Below, in pieces: positions 9,269-17,751 of a DNA stretch of 64,000 bases. The notes beneath the pieces were generated by a model. It had not been told where the DNA came from. It did not search any database and saw only the letters and a list, made by a program, of their open reading frames with translations. The translations under genes were made by a program, and so were the position numbers. The stretch is from an uncultured Candidatus Saccharibacteria bacterium (lineage in GTDB: Bacteria > Patescibacteriota > Minisyncoccia > Phycocordibacterales > SBAW01): the NCBI GenBank assembly GCA_964650645.1, contig CAZYUH010000001.1, positions 639,202 through 703,201 of the forward strand, in the 5' to 3' direction. Position 1 is the first letter of the stretch, and the number at the start of each line of letters is the position of its first letter.

Positions 9269-10234
9269 CTAGAAGGGCTGCGGGACCGGCTTCAGTCCCG
9301 TGTTCGCGTTCGGCGGGTAGCGCTCGGGGTCTATCGCGCGCTCAAAGCACGTCTCGCCCGCGTCGTGCGCCCAGTCGCCGTCAAGCGAGCCGAACGCGCG
9401 CGAGGGCATGGGCTCGCCGCGGCCCCAATCGGCGCCGCCGGCCGAGGCAAAGGTCGCGCACAGCGCGAACGACGTGCCCTGGCCCGGGCGGTACGCATAC
9501 GGCTCGCCCGTCTCCGGGTCGCGCGGGCTGCTGTAGCCCGAAATAGGGTCCTCCAAGTCCGCGAGGGACGCGGGCATCCTCTGCTTCTGCTGCCAGTAGT
9601 TCACCACTTCCCACTGGATGCTCATGAGGTCCTGCACGCGCTGGGCGTCGAGGCGCTGCTGCCTGGCTTGGCCCGGCGTGCCGATGATAAGGAAGCCCGC
9701 GAGGATGGAAACGGCGACCAGCGCCGCGACCGCCCAGGTGACCGACTTGGCGTAGCCCGGGTTGCGGGTCCAGTAGCCGCGCAGGTCGGCCATGAAGTGC
9801 AGGAAGCCGGCGCCTGCCACCAAGAGCACGACCAGCACCTTAAGTAGGAACGCCGTAGTGAGCGATTCACCATTGAGGAAGCTGGTCAGTAGGATAATGA
9901 GGTCTATGGCGATAGTCGCGCCCGCGATGAACAGGGTCAGGAACAGCGCCCAGCGGCGCACCCAGATAGTGGCGCGCGAGGGGTCGCGCGCTATCTCCCG
10001 GCGGATAAGCCTCATCAGGAGTAAGCACAAGGGCGCGAGCACGATGAGGCTGGCCATCTCGTAGGCTACGCTGCCCTGGTAGGGGTTGCCGTAGTAGTAC
10101 GCAAGCGCGTCAGGAAAAGCGTAGTTGATGTAGTCGAATATGAGGCCTAAAAACGCCACGACCGCGCCGTAGAGCGCTATCATCGCCCCGGCCCACATGA
10201 AGAAATCCTTCGGCGTTGCTTTTGAGTGCTCCAT
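9269..10234 (-). CDS. DUF5671-like multi-TM membrane protein
   Basis: KATPKDFF N-terminus, 5 TMs, IGTP...RQQRLDAQRVQDL...PRDPETGEPYAY...FALCATF (pilin-like C-terminal part). Confidence 0.85.
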   Translation of the reverse strand: MEHSKATPKDFFMWAGAMIALYGAVVAFLGLIFDYINYAFPDALAYYYGNPYQGSVAYEMASLIVLAPLCLLLMRLIRREIARDPSRATIWVRRWALFLTLFIAGATIAIDLIILLTSFLNGESLTTAFLLKVLVVLLVAGAGFLHFMADLRGYWTRNPGYAKSVTWAVAALVAVSILAGFLIIGTPGQARQQRLDAQRVQDLMSIQWEVVNYWQQKQRMPASLADLEDPISGYSSPRDPETGEPYAYRPGQGTSFALCATFASAGGADWGRGEPMPSRAFGSLDGDWAHDAGETCFERAIDPERYPPNANTGLKPVPQPF

Positions 10235-10358
10235 ATATATTTAAAGACGCGCGGTTACTGTTACGCTTACTATAGTACCACCCCTAGATGCCTGGCCCCA
10301 TCCTTTTACATGAAGCGCGCGGCTTGCGCTTTAGAATCCATACTATACTTAAAGGCAT

Positions 10359-13202
10359 ATGAAGATTAGTTATAAATCCGCAGGCATCGCCCTGTTATTA
10401 GCGTTCCCGTTCCTCGGTTCCGCAGCCACTACCAGCGATATCCCCCTTACCTTCAACGACGCCGTGTTCAGCGGCGTTACGAATTCAGGTTCGGTGAATC
10501 TGCCTAACGGCGGGATGCTCTCCAATAAGAGCATCACCGTTGACGGCCCCGCCGCCTCGGTCCTCTGCCAGGGCTCCTGCGTCCTGGAGCGCGTGCGCGT
10601 CGACTCCGCCGAAGCCGTCCGCGTCGGCGGCAGCGGCACGGTAATGATTAACAACTCGTACCTCGAGGCTACCGGCTCGGGCGACGACCACGCGGACACC
10701 ATCCAGGCCTACGCGCCGGGCGACCGCGGCACTATCAGCATCTCCAACACGTCCATAGTCGCGCACAACACCGCCGCGACCGCGGGCCTCTTCGTGGCCG
10801 ACAACTGGACCGGCACCATCAATCTCAACAACGTGGTCTTTAACGGCGGCCCGTTCGGCCTGCGCCTCCACCCCGACACGGGCGGCGACAACATCATATA
10901 CGCCAAGGATGTCTACTTCGTGGGACCCTTCGGCTATAACCCGATCCTCATGAGCGACTACGGCGGCCATAAGAACATCATCAAGCAGTGGGAGAACGTG
11001 CGCCATGCGACGATCGTGAACGGCAAGCTCGTCCCCGGCGATCTCATCCCCTGCCCGGTTTCAAGCTGCGGCAATGAGTCGTCTCCGACCACCCCCACTA
11101 CCCCGACTACGCCCACGACGCCGACTGCTCCGGCTTCGACTAAGTTCTCGACCGGCAGCCGCGTGCAGGTAGTGAACGGCCCGCTCAACGTGCGCACGGC
11201 CGCCACCACGGCCGCCACCCTGCTGGGCTCCCAGACAAACGGTTCCGCCGGCACCGTCGTGGGCGGCCCCACGGCTCAGGGCGGCTACATTTGGTGGAAC
11301 ATCAACTACGACTCGGGCGTCGACGGCTGGAGCGTAGAGAACTACCTTGCGGCCTACACCGCGCCTACGACGCCGACTACTCCCACCACTCCAACGACCC
11401 CCACCACTCCGGAGGTCAAGGATATTGAAAAGCCCACGACGCCGTCCGGCCTTACCGCGACCGCGGATTCCTCTTCCCAGATCAGCCTCTCGTGGGAGGC
11501 GTCCAGCGACGACGTGGGCGTCACCGGCTACGAGGTGTTCCGCAACCGCAGGTATGTCGCCACGGCGGCGGGCACGACCTACGCCGATACGGGACTCTCC
11601 GACTCGACCACCTACAGGTACCAAGTGAGGGCCCTGGATGCCGCGAACAGGCACTCGTCCAAGTCCAAGGCCGCGAAGGCGAGGACCCTTGAGGACGGTT
11701 CGGCTCCCGCGACGCCGACGGAACCGACCGCTCCGACAGCCCCGTCCACGCCCACCTCAAGCACGGGAATCCCCCTCAGCTTCAACGACGCCATGTTCAG
11801 CGGCGCCGAGAATTCGGACGCGGTCAGGCTCTCTAACGGCGGATCCGTGAGCAACAAGAGCATTACCGACACCGGCGATACCGCATCGGTCGTCTGCACG
11901 GGCGCGTGCACCGTCGACCGCGTCCGCATCAGTTCGCGCGAGGGCGTCCGCGTCGGCGGCAGCGGCACCGTCAGCATCAATAATACGTATATGGAGGTCA
12001 ACGGCACCGGCGACGACCATGCGGACGGCATCCAGGCCTACGCGCCGGGCGACCGCGGCACCATAAAGATGCGCAATTCCACTATTGCCATGGGCACCAC
12101 GGCCGTTAACTCCGCGTTCTTCGTCGCAGACAACTGGACCGGCACTATCGACCTCGAGAACGTCGTCATCAAGGGCGGCCTGTACGGGTTCCGCGTCCAC
12201 CCCGACACGGGCGGCGACAACACTATCTCGATGAAGGACGTGTACTTCGTCGGGCCGTTCCAGTACGGCCAGATCCTCATGACCGACGTTGCGGGCCACA
12301 AGAACAACATCGTCAAGTGGGAGAACGTCCGCAATGCGACGATCGTGGACGGCAAGCTCGTCCCCGGCGCGCTTATCCCCTGCCCGGCTTCCAACTGCGG
12401 CAGCACGTCTTCAAGCGAGCCGGAAGACCCTGAGCCGGCCCCGGCGACTCCTGAAGAGCCCGCTCCTTCGCAGCCGTCCGCTCCCGCTCCTTCAAGCGGC
12501 AGCGTCTCCTCGCTCTGGAGCGCCTCCGATACTCCCGTAACCGCAAGCGATCCGGATACGAACGCGGTCGAGCTGGGCATGAAGTTCTCGACCAACGTCG
12601 CGGGCAAGGTAACGGGCGTGCGCTTCTACAAGGGCTCCCAGAACACCGGCACGCACACCGGCAGCCTGTGGTCCTCTTCGGGCAGCCTCCTTGCGACCGG
12701 CACGTTCACTAACGAGAGCGCTTCGGGCTGGCAGACGCTTACCTTCTCGTCTCCCGTCAGCATCTCGGCGAACACGACCTACGTGGTCTCCTACCACACC
12801 AGCGTAGGCAGGTACGCGGGCGACAAGGACTACTTCGGCAGCGCGCGCACCAGCGGCCCCATTACGGCGCCCAGGAACGCGGGCGTGTACAAGTACGGCG
12901 CGGGCGGCTTCCCCACCCAGTCGTACGAATCGAGCAACTACTGGGTAGACGTGCTGTTCGTGCCGGAGGGCGTAGTCGCGGGCGCATCCTACTCTCCGCT
13001 GGCTATCGGCGACACGGTCAAGACCAAGGCGAACCTCAACGTGCGCTCGGCGCCGGGCGGCGCGGTCGTGGGCGTAGCGTCCCTTGGCTCTGCCGGAGTG
13101 GTGCAATCCGCGCCGCAGTCCGCGGGCGGCATCACGTGGCTGCGCGTCACGTACCAGAACGGGCTCAGCGGCTGGAGCTCCGCCGGGTACCTGACCCGCT
13201 AG
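10359..13202 (+). CDS. large secreted modular surface protein (2x beta-helix-like domain, 2x SH3b, FN3, DUF4082-like)
   Basis: Signal peptide; duplicated ~215-aa domain (IPLxFNDAxFS...DDHAD.IQAY); LNVR SH3b motifs; ISLSWEASSDDVGVTGY FN3; AVELGMKF...VRFYK...SNYWVDV DUF4082-like; PTT linkers. Confidence 0.9.
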   Translation: MKISYKSAGIALLLAFPFLGSAATTSDIPLTFNDAVFSGVTNSGSVNLPNGGMLSNKSITVDGPAASVLCQGSCVLERVRVDSAEAVRVGGSGTVMINNSYLEATGSGDDHADTIQAYAPGDRGTISISNTSIVAHNTAATAGLFVADNWTGTINLNNVVFNGGPFGLRLHPDTGGDNIIYAKDVYFVGPFGYNPILMSDYGGHKNIIKQWENVRHATIVNGKLVPGDLIPCPVSSCGNESSPTTPTTPTTPTTPTAPASTKFSTGSRVQVVNGPLNVRTAATTAATLLGSQTNGSAGTVVGGPTAQGGYIWWNINYDSGVDGWSVENYLAAYTAPTTPTTPTTPTTPTTPEVKDIEKPTTPSGLTATADSSSQISLSWEASSDDVGVTGYEVFRNRRYVATAAGTTYADTGLSDSTTYRYQVRALDAANRHSSKSKAAKARTLEDGSAPATPTEPTAPTAPSTPTSSTGIPLSFNDAMFSGAENSDAVRLSNGGSVSNKSITDTGDTASVVCTGACTVDRVRISSREGVRVGGSGTVSINNTYMEVNGTGDDHADGIQAYAPGDRGTIKMRNSTIAMGTTAVNSAFFVADNWTGTIDLENVVIKGGLYGFRVHPDTGGDNTISMKDVYFVGPFQYGQILMTDVAGHKNNIVKWENVRNATIVDGKLVPGALIPCPASNCGSTSSSEPEDPEPAPATPEEPAPSQPSAPAPSSGSVSSLWSASDTPVTASDPDTNAVELGMKFSTNVAGKVTGVRFYKGSQNTGTHTGSLWSSSGSLLATGTFTNESASGWQTLTFSSPVSISANTTYVVSYHTSVGRYAGDKDYFGSARTSGPITAPRNAGVYKYGAGGFPTQSYESSNYWVDVLFVPEGVVAGASYSPLAIGDTVKTKANLNVRSAPGGAVVGVASLGSAGVVQSAPQSAGGITWLRVTYQNGLSGWSSAGYLTR

Positions 13203-13222
13203 ATTCGCCCAACAGCAGCAAT

Positions 13223-13248
13223 AAAGGCCCGCCGTACGGCGGGCCTTT
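13223..13248. terminator. bidirectional terminator
   Basis: AAAGGCCCGCCG-ta-CGGCGGGCCTTT between convergent genes. Confidence 0.75.
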
Positions 13249-13251
13249 GCA

Positions 13252-13749
13252 TTACCTCAGGGAATGGTGCGTCCAGAGCTCTCCGTGCGCGTCCCTCGCC
13301 TCCTCTAAAAGCGGCGGGTCCGAATCGGGGTGGAGCCTGAATATCCTGTCTCCCGACCTGAACGTGATGGCGTAATGCCACGGGGCTATCTCGGTAACGT
13401 ATTCGAGGCCCAGGTAGGCCTCGCAATCCTCTTTCTTGTCCTTGAACGGAATCGCTATACCGCGCGCGCCCGGGTCGAGCGCGAGCTTGAGCTTGGCCGC
13501 GATGTGCGCGAGGAGCGCAAGCCCCAGGTCGCGCTCCTGGGCGCTCTGCATCGCGCGTATGGTCGCCTGCATCCCCGCTATCGCCCGCGAGGGGTATTCG
13601 GGGAGCGGGCAGAACGGCGCCACCTCGTGCTCGTACTGCGGATGGATAATCTCATCCACCAGCCGGCACACGTGCGCCCCGCCGCTGTAGTACGCGCGGT
13701 TCGCGCACTCCCTGCATGAACGGGTCATCCCGGTAATCCTCTGAACCAT
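13252..13749 (-). CDS. hypothetical protein with N-terminal Cys cluster (CxxC...C...CP)
   Basis: 165-aa ORF filling the gap; AAGGAG SD upstream; possible metal-binding cysteines. Confidence 0.7.
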   Translation of the reverse strand: MVQRITGMTRSCRECANRAYYSGGAHVCRLVDEIIHPQYEHEVAPFCPLPEYPSRAIAGMQATIRAMQSAQERDLGLALLAHIAAKLKLALDPGARGIAIPFKDKKEDCEAYLGLEYVTEIAPWHYAITFRSGDRIFRLHPDSDPPLLEEARDAHGELWTHHSLR

Positions 13750-13791
13750 CCCTGTCTCCTTGTCCGGTCTGGCAGGGACTATAGCACGGCG

Positions 13792-14778
13792 CTAGCCGTG
13801 GAGGAACTCTATCGTATCCCCCTCCTGCACCACGTATTCCTTCCCTTCGGTGCGTATCCAGCCCTTCTCGCGCGCGCCGGCGCGGCTGCCGGCCTCTATG
13901 AGCTTCTGCCAGTTGATGACCTCGGCGCGGATGAACTTGTCCCTGAAATCGCTGTGTATCGCGGCGCCCGCTTCAGGGGCCGTAGAGCCCCTTTTAACCG
14001 TCCAAGCGCGGCTCTCGGCCTCCCCGGTGGTAAAGAAGCTCATGAGCCCCAAAAGCTCGTAGCCCTTGCGTATGAGGTCGTTTATGCCGTCCTCGAACAC
14101 GCCGTACTCCTGGCGGAACGACTGCTTGTCCTCGCCATGCAGGTCCTTCAGCTCGTGTTCTACATTGGCGTCCACCACCACCCACGTCTTGTCGGCCAGG
14201 AACTCCATGAGCCGCTGCCAGCGCGGGTCGGCCTGCATCTCGTCCAGATTATGCCCGCCCGATTCCTTGTTAAGCACGTATAAGACGGGCTTCGCGCTAA
14301 GCAGGCCCGCAAGCGGCTCCTCGCTTGCCCCCTTGCCCTTCTTGGCCTGGCGCTTCTCCTCGCGCTCCTGGTCGGCAAGCGCGAGCTCGGTGTGTATGAG
14401 CTCTATGTCGGCCAGGGGGTCGATACCTTCCTGCGTGTTGGTGATATTGGGGTTCTCGAATATGCGCACCACGTGGGCTATGGCGTCCACCTCGCGGATA
14501 TGCTGCAAAAACTGGTTGCCAAGGCCCTCGCCCTCGCTGGCGCCCTTCACCAGGCCCGCGATGTCCACGAACTCGACCGCCGCAGGCACCTTGCTCTTCG
14601 ATTTGGAGAATTCGGCGAGCCTGTCGAGCCGCTCGTCGGGCACGGCCACCACGCCTACCGACGGGTCTATGGTGGCAAACGGGTAATTTGCGATGAGCAC
14701 GCTCTTTTTCGTGAGTGCATTAAAGAGCGTGGACTTCCCCACGTTGGGCAGGCCGACTATGCCGATACTGAGCGCCAT
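13792..14778 (-). CDS. ychF: ribosome-binding ATPase YchF (Obg family), shortened helical region
   Basis: GIVGLPNVGKSTLFNALT, NYPFATIDP, DIAGLVKGASEGEGLGNQFL, TGS domain AGAAIHSDF...EGKEYVVQEGD. Confidence 0.95.
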   Translation of the reverse strand: MALSIGIVGLPNVGKSTLFNALTKKSVLIANYPFATIDPSVGVVAVPDERLDRLAEFSKSKSKVPAAVEFVDIAGLVKGASEGEGLGNQFLQHIREVDAIAHVVRIFENPNITNTQEGIDPLADIELIHTELALADQEREEKRQAKKGKGASEEPLAGLLSAKPVLYVLNKESGGHNLDEMQADPRWQRLMEFLADKTWVVVDANVEHELKDLHGEDKQSFRQEYGVFEDGINDLIRKGYELLGLMSFFTTGEAESRAWTVKRGSTAPEAGAAIHSDFRDKFIRAEVINWQKLIEAGSRAGAREKGWIRTEGKEYVVQEGDTIEFLHG

Positions 14779-14881
14779 TTAGTGGTATGTATACCTCATT
14801 TTGCGGGTTTTGTCCTCTTTATCGCGCGGGCGCGCCTCCACGCAAAAAGGCCGAGAAGCGCTCGGCCTTGCGTGCGGGGCC

Positions 14882-15127
14882 CTAGAAGCTGAACGGGAAT
14901 CCGTTCGGGAACGACGGGAAATTGATGGTCGGAATGCGGATGTCCGGGATGCGGATAGGCGGGAACTTTATTTCCGGGAAGCGTATCACCGGGAAATGTA
15001 TGGGCGGGATGTTCGGGAACCCGCCGCCTCCGCCGTAGCCGAAGTCGGCGGACGCCGCTGACGGCGCGAGCAGCACGACGGCGAATGCAGCCGAGGCCGC
15101 GTACGTCGCAAGTTTTCTAGTGGTCAT
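14882..15127 (-). CDS. small secreted Pro/Ile/Phe-rich repeat protein
   Basis: Signal peptide ending ASA; GGGGG linker; (F/I)PxIx pentapeptide repeats; hairpin AAGGCCGAG..CTCGGCCTT downstream. Confidence 0.75.
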   Translation of the reverse strand: MTTRKLATYAASAAFAVVLLAPSAASADFGYGGGGGFPNIPPIHFPVIRFPEIKFPPIRIPDIRIPTINFPSFPNGFPFSF

Positions 15128-15203
15128 AATGAAGAAGGTCAGATATCTGATAGTTAAGGCCAGCTCAAATGCCGCAGGTTTCCCGTCCTGCCTTATTTCC
15201 AGG

Positions 15204-16919
15204 CTAATCCGCTACGCGATACAAGTCAACACTGGGGGTGCTGATAACTTTCTCAAGCGCCGCAGAGCCCAAAAAGGGATACGAATAGGGGTCGTCATGG
15301 GCCTCGTCGGGGGTGTATATCACGTACCTGATCCCGAGGCCCGCTAATAATCTCAGTGTTTCGTCCGGATCGGCGTCATTGTCGGTAATGGCCGCCGAAA
15401 GGCGCGCGTACCCGGGGAGGCGCGACTGCTGTCCGCCGTCGCCTACTTCCCCTATTTCGGCACTCGCACCCTGATAAATGGTACAGTCGAAATATGAAGA
15501 TGAGGTGTTGGCCGTTAATAGACGGTTGTTGAAAACCGGCGTGTAGTACAGGTGCCAAGGGAGAAATACCGCCGCACAAGCATCATCCCGCTTCAATGTA
15601 TCGTTCACCGTTGCCCACCCGTCCGGGTACCACACGGGCCGTAATTGGCCCGCCAGGCCGAAGAGCGTGGTGGGCGTATACAAGAGCGGGATGCAGCACA
15701 GCGCGGCCATAGCCAAGCGCGGGCGCTTGAAGCGGCTGGCAATGTAACCTGCGCCCAATCCTCCTACAAGCGCGTACGCGAGCACCAACACGGCGCTCCA
15801 CTTCTGCGTATCCCTGAAGCCGCTCCAGAACGGCACATGATTGAACATCCATGCGTTGGCGTTTTGGAATATGCCCGGCCCGATGCCGGAGGAGAACACG
15901 AGCGCCAGCGCGCCTGCGCCGCACAGCCACAGCACGATAAAGCGGTTGCCCCGCCTGCGCAGGCCCGCGACAACTCCCGCGCACACAACGCCCGCAAGGG
16001 CGATGCCTGACAGCGCCCAGAGCAGGCCGCTCTCTTTAGGCCAGGCAAAGTACGTGATCCAGCGCTCGTGCTCGCCCCAAAAGCCGTACAGCGCCGCTAC
16101 GTTCCCTGCCGTGCCCAGTACCGGGTCGCTGGCGGTATAAAAGGCCCGCACGTCGCCCGCGCCGAAGTCGCTCAGCGCCGTTGCGGGCGCCGCAAAGGCC
16201 GGCACGAGCCAGTACAGGCTCGCAAGCGCAAATAGCAGACCGCAGGCGCATAAGCGGCCCAGGAGCGCCCGCGCCATGCGGTACTCCCCCGCGCACAGCA
16301 TGCGCGTTACGGAGGCCAGCGCGAATACGGCAAGCAGGACGCATCCCATGACCATAATGTGGAGCGAGAACATGCCCATGCATAGGAGCCACGCGCAGGC
16401 GTGCAGGGCGTGCCGCCACGCAAGGGTCCTGTACAGGCGCGTCAGCGAGCACGCGAGGGGGAACAGGAAGGCGTACGCCATGAGCACGCCCCACTGCCCC
16501 GCCAACATCCGCTCGTATACGAACGGGTTAACGGCGAACAGCGCCGATGCGAAATAGCGCCCAGCCCGATGGTCCTCGAACGGATAGAAGCGCAGAGGCA
16601 GGTAAAAAAGCAAATAGAACAGCCCGAACAGGATGCCCTTCTGGATGACCCAGACGGGCATCCAAAAATGCAGGAGGTATATAAGGTACCTGTACGGAAA
16701 CGCCGCCGCCGAAAGCCCCTCGTATGAAGGGAACGCCGCGTGTGGCCCGAAGACCATGTCGAGCGTGAGCACATAGCCCGGTAACAGCATCTGCCAGAGC
16801 ACTACCACGGCGCCCAGCGCCGCGATAAGCGCATGCTTGTAGTACAGCGCCGCAGCGCCTGCGCACGCCTTTAATGCCAGCGCCTTTGCCGCCCACGCGT
16901 TTGCCAATAGCCTTTTCAT
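15204..16919 (-). CDS. multi-TM GT-C-like (AftD/DUF3367-like) membrane glycosyltransferase
   Basis: About 12 TMs; GYVLTLDMVF, FAVNPFVYER, FRDTQKW motifs; lies in the glycosylation locus. Start set at ATG overlapping the arsR stop. Confidence 0.7.
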   Translation of the reverse strand: MKRLLANAWAAKALALKACAGAAALYYKHALIAALGAVVVLWQMLLPGYVLTLDMVFGPHAAFPSYEGLSAAAFPYRYLIYLLHFWMPVWVIQKGILFGLFYLLFYLPLRFYPFEDHRAGRYFASALFAVNPFVYERMLAGQWGVLMAYAFLFPLACSLTRLYRTLAWRHALHACAWLLCMGMFSLHIMVMGCVLLAVFALASVTRMLCAGEYRMARALLGRLCACGLLFALASLYWLVPAFAAPATALSDFGAGDVRAFYTASDPVLGTAGNVAALYGFWGEHERWITYFAWPKESGLLWALSGIALAGVVCAGVVAGLRRRGNRFIVLWLCGAGALALVFSSGIGPGIFQNANAWMFNHVPFWSGFRDTQKWSAVLVLAYALVGGLGAGYIASRFKRPRLAMAALCCIPLLYTPTTLFGLAGQLRPVWYPDGWATVNDTLKRDDACAAVFLPWHLYYTPVFNNRLLTANTSSSYFDCTIYQGASAEIGEVGDGGQQSRLPGYARLSAAITDNDADPDETLRLLAGLGIRYVIYTPDEAHDDPYSYPFLGSAALEKVISTPSVDLYRVAD

Positions 16920-17236
16920 TCTAGTTTTTTGCAAAAAGCTAGAATGGCGTGGGCGCGTGGTGTCAGCTTATGGCGCACGTTCACGCTGTCGCTGCGCTTG
17001 GCCACAAGGCCCGCCATGGCCATCTTACGCAGGTGGTCGGACGCGTTCATGTACCCTATCGAGAGCCTCTGGGAGATTTCGTCGATAGACAGCTCGGGCT
17101 CGCGCTTAAGCAGGTCCAGTATGTGCAGCCGGCGGTGGTTCGCAAAGCCCTTTACCACGCGCTCAAGCCTCCGGTACTGCGCCCCTCCCTTTTGCCCCGC
17201 TTTTCCCTCTGTTTTGCGGCCCCTCGTTTGCATCAT
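16916..17236 (-). CDS. ArsR/SmtB family winged-helix transcriptional regulator
   Basis: KGFANHRRLHILDLL..ELSIDEIS...NASDHLRKM..AGLV. Confidence 0.88.
   Translation of the reverse strand: MMQTRGRKTEGKAGQKGGAQYRRLERVVKGFANHRRLHILDLLKREPELSIDEISQRLSIGYMNASDHLRKMAMAGLVAKRSDSVNVRHKLTPRAHAILAFCKKLE
16918..16945. promoter_or_regulatory. 28-bp palindrome, copy 1 (operator or recombination site)
   Basis: ATTCTAGTTTTTTGCAAAAAGCTAGAAT; 24 bp repeated identically at 17258-17281. Confidence 0.6.
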
Positions 17237-17253
17237 GCGGATATACTATACAG

Positions 17254-17281
17254 TTTTTAGTTTTTTGCAAAAAGCTAGAAT
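17254..17281. promoter_or_regulatory. 28-bp palindrome, copy 2, upstream of the ArsR gene
   Basis: TTTTTAGTTTTTTGCAAAAAGCTAGAAT overlapping the likely arsR promoter. Confidence 0.6.
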
Positions 17282-17379
17282 AAACCGGGAGGATGGAATG
17301 GATTGGGAGGGTGGTCGGGAAGGCTGGGCGCGCCAGGACATGCCAGTGCGCGCGTACTTGGGCGCCCTTGTTACCCTGC

Positions 17380-17748
17380 TCAGTCGCCGGCTTCGGTTCC
17401 CTTTTCGCGCCAGAGCTCTATGAGCTGGAGGGCCACCGTCATGCACAGGAAGAAGAACGCGAACACGGCCATGTACTCGGCAAACGCGTCCTGGTTAAGC
17501 GCGAGCAGGATTGGGCATGTTACCAGGCACAAAATGGCCAGTACGCCCACGATGCGGTTGTCCAGCCGGTACAGCGCGAACGAGAAGAACATGGCCCACA
17601 GCAAGCTCGAAATGACATCGGTCGCGTAGCCAATACCAATGAACGCGGCCACGATGAACGCCGCCTTCCATTTGCGCGCGGTTATATCGCTCCAGGCTTC
17701 CTTCAGCTCCTTTGTAAACTGCCTCCATACGATGCGTAGCGTGTGCAT
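17380..17748 (-). CDS. small membrane protein (3-4 TM)
   Basis: 122-aa hydrophobic ORF starting 4 nt after the upstream stop. Confidence 0.75.
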   Translation of the reverse strand: MHTLRIVWRQFTKELKEAWSDITARKWKAAFIVAAFIGIGYATDVISSLLWAMFFSFALYRLDNRIVGVLAILCLVTCPILLALNQDAFAEYMAVFAFFFLCMTVALQLIELWREKGTEAGD

Positions 17749-17751
17749 ATA

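Noticed and set aside
11086-11125. PTT tandem repeats (also ~11360-11410) as a DNA repeat element
   Set aside because: Synonymous codons vary; these are ordinary protein linkers.
13792-14778. ychF as a pseudogene because it is short
   Set aside because: The frame is intact, with G-domain motifs and the TGS domain; only the helical insertion is reduced.
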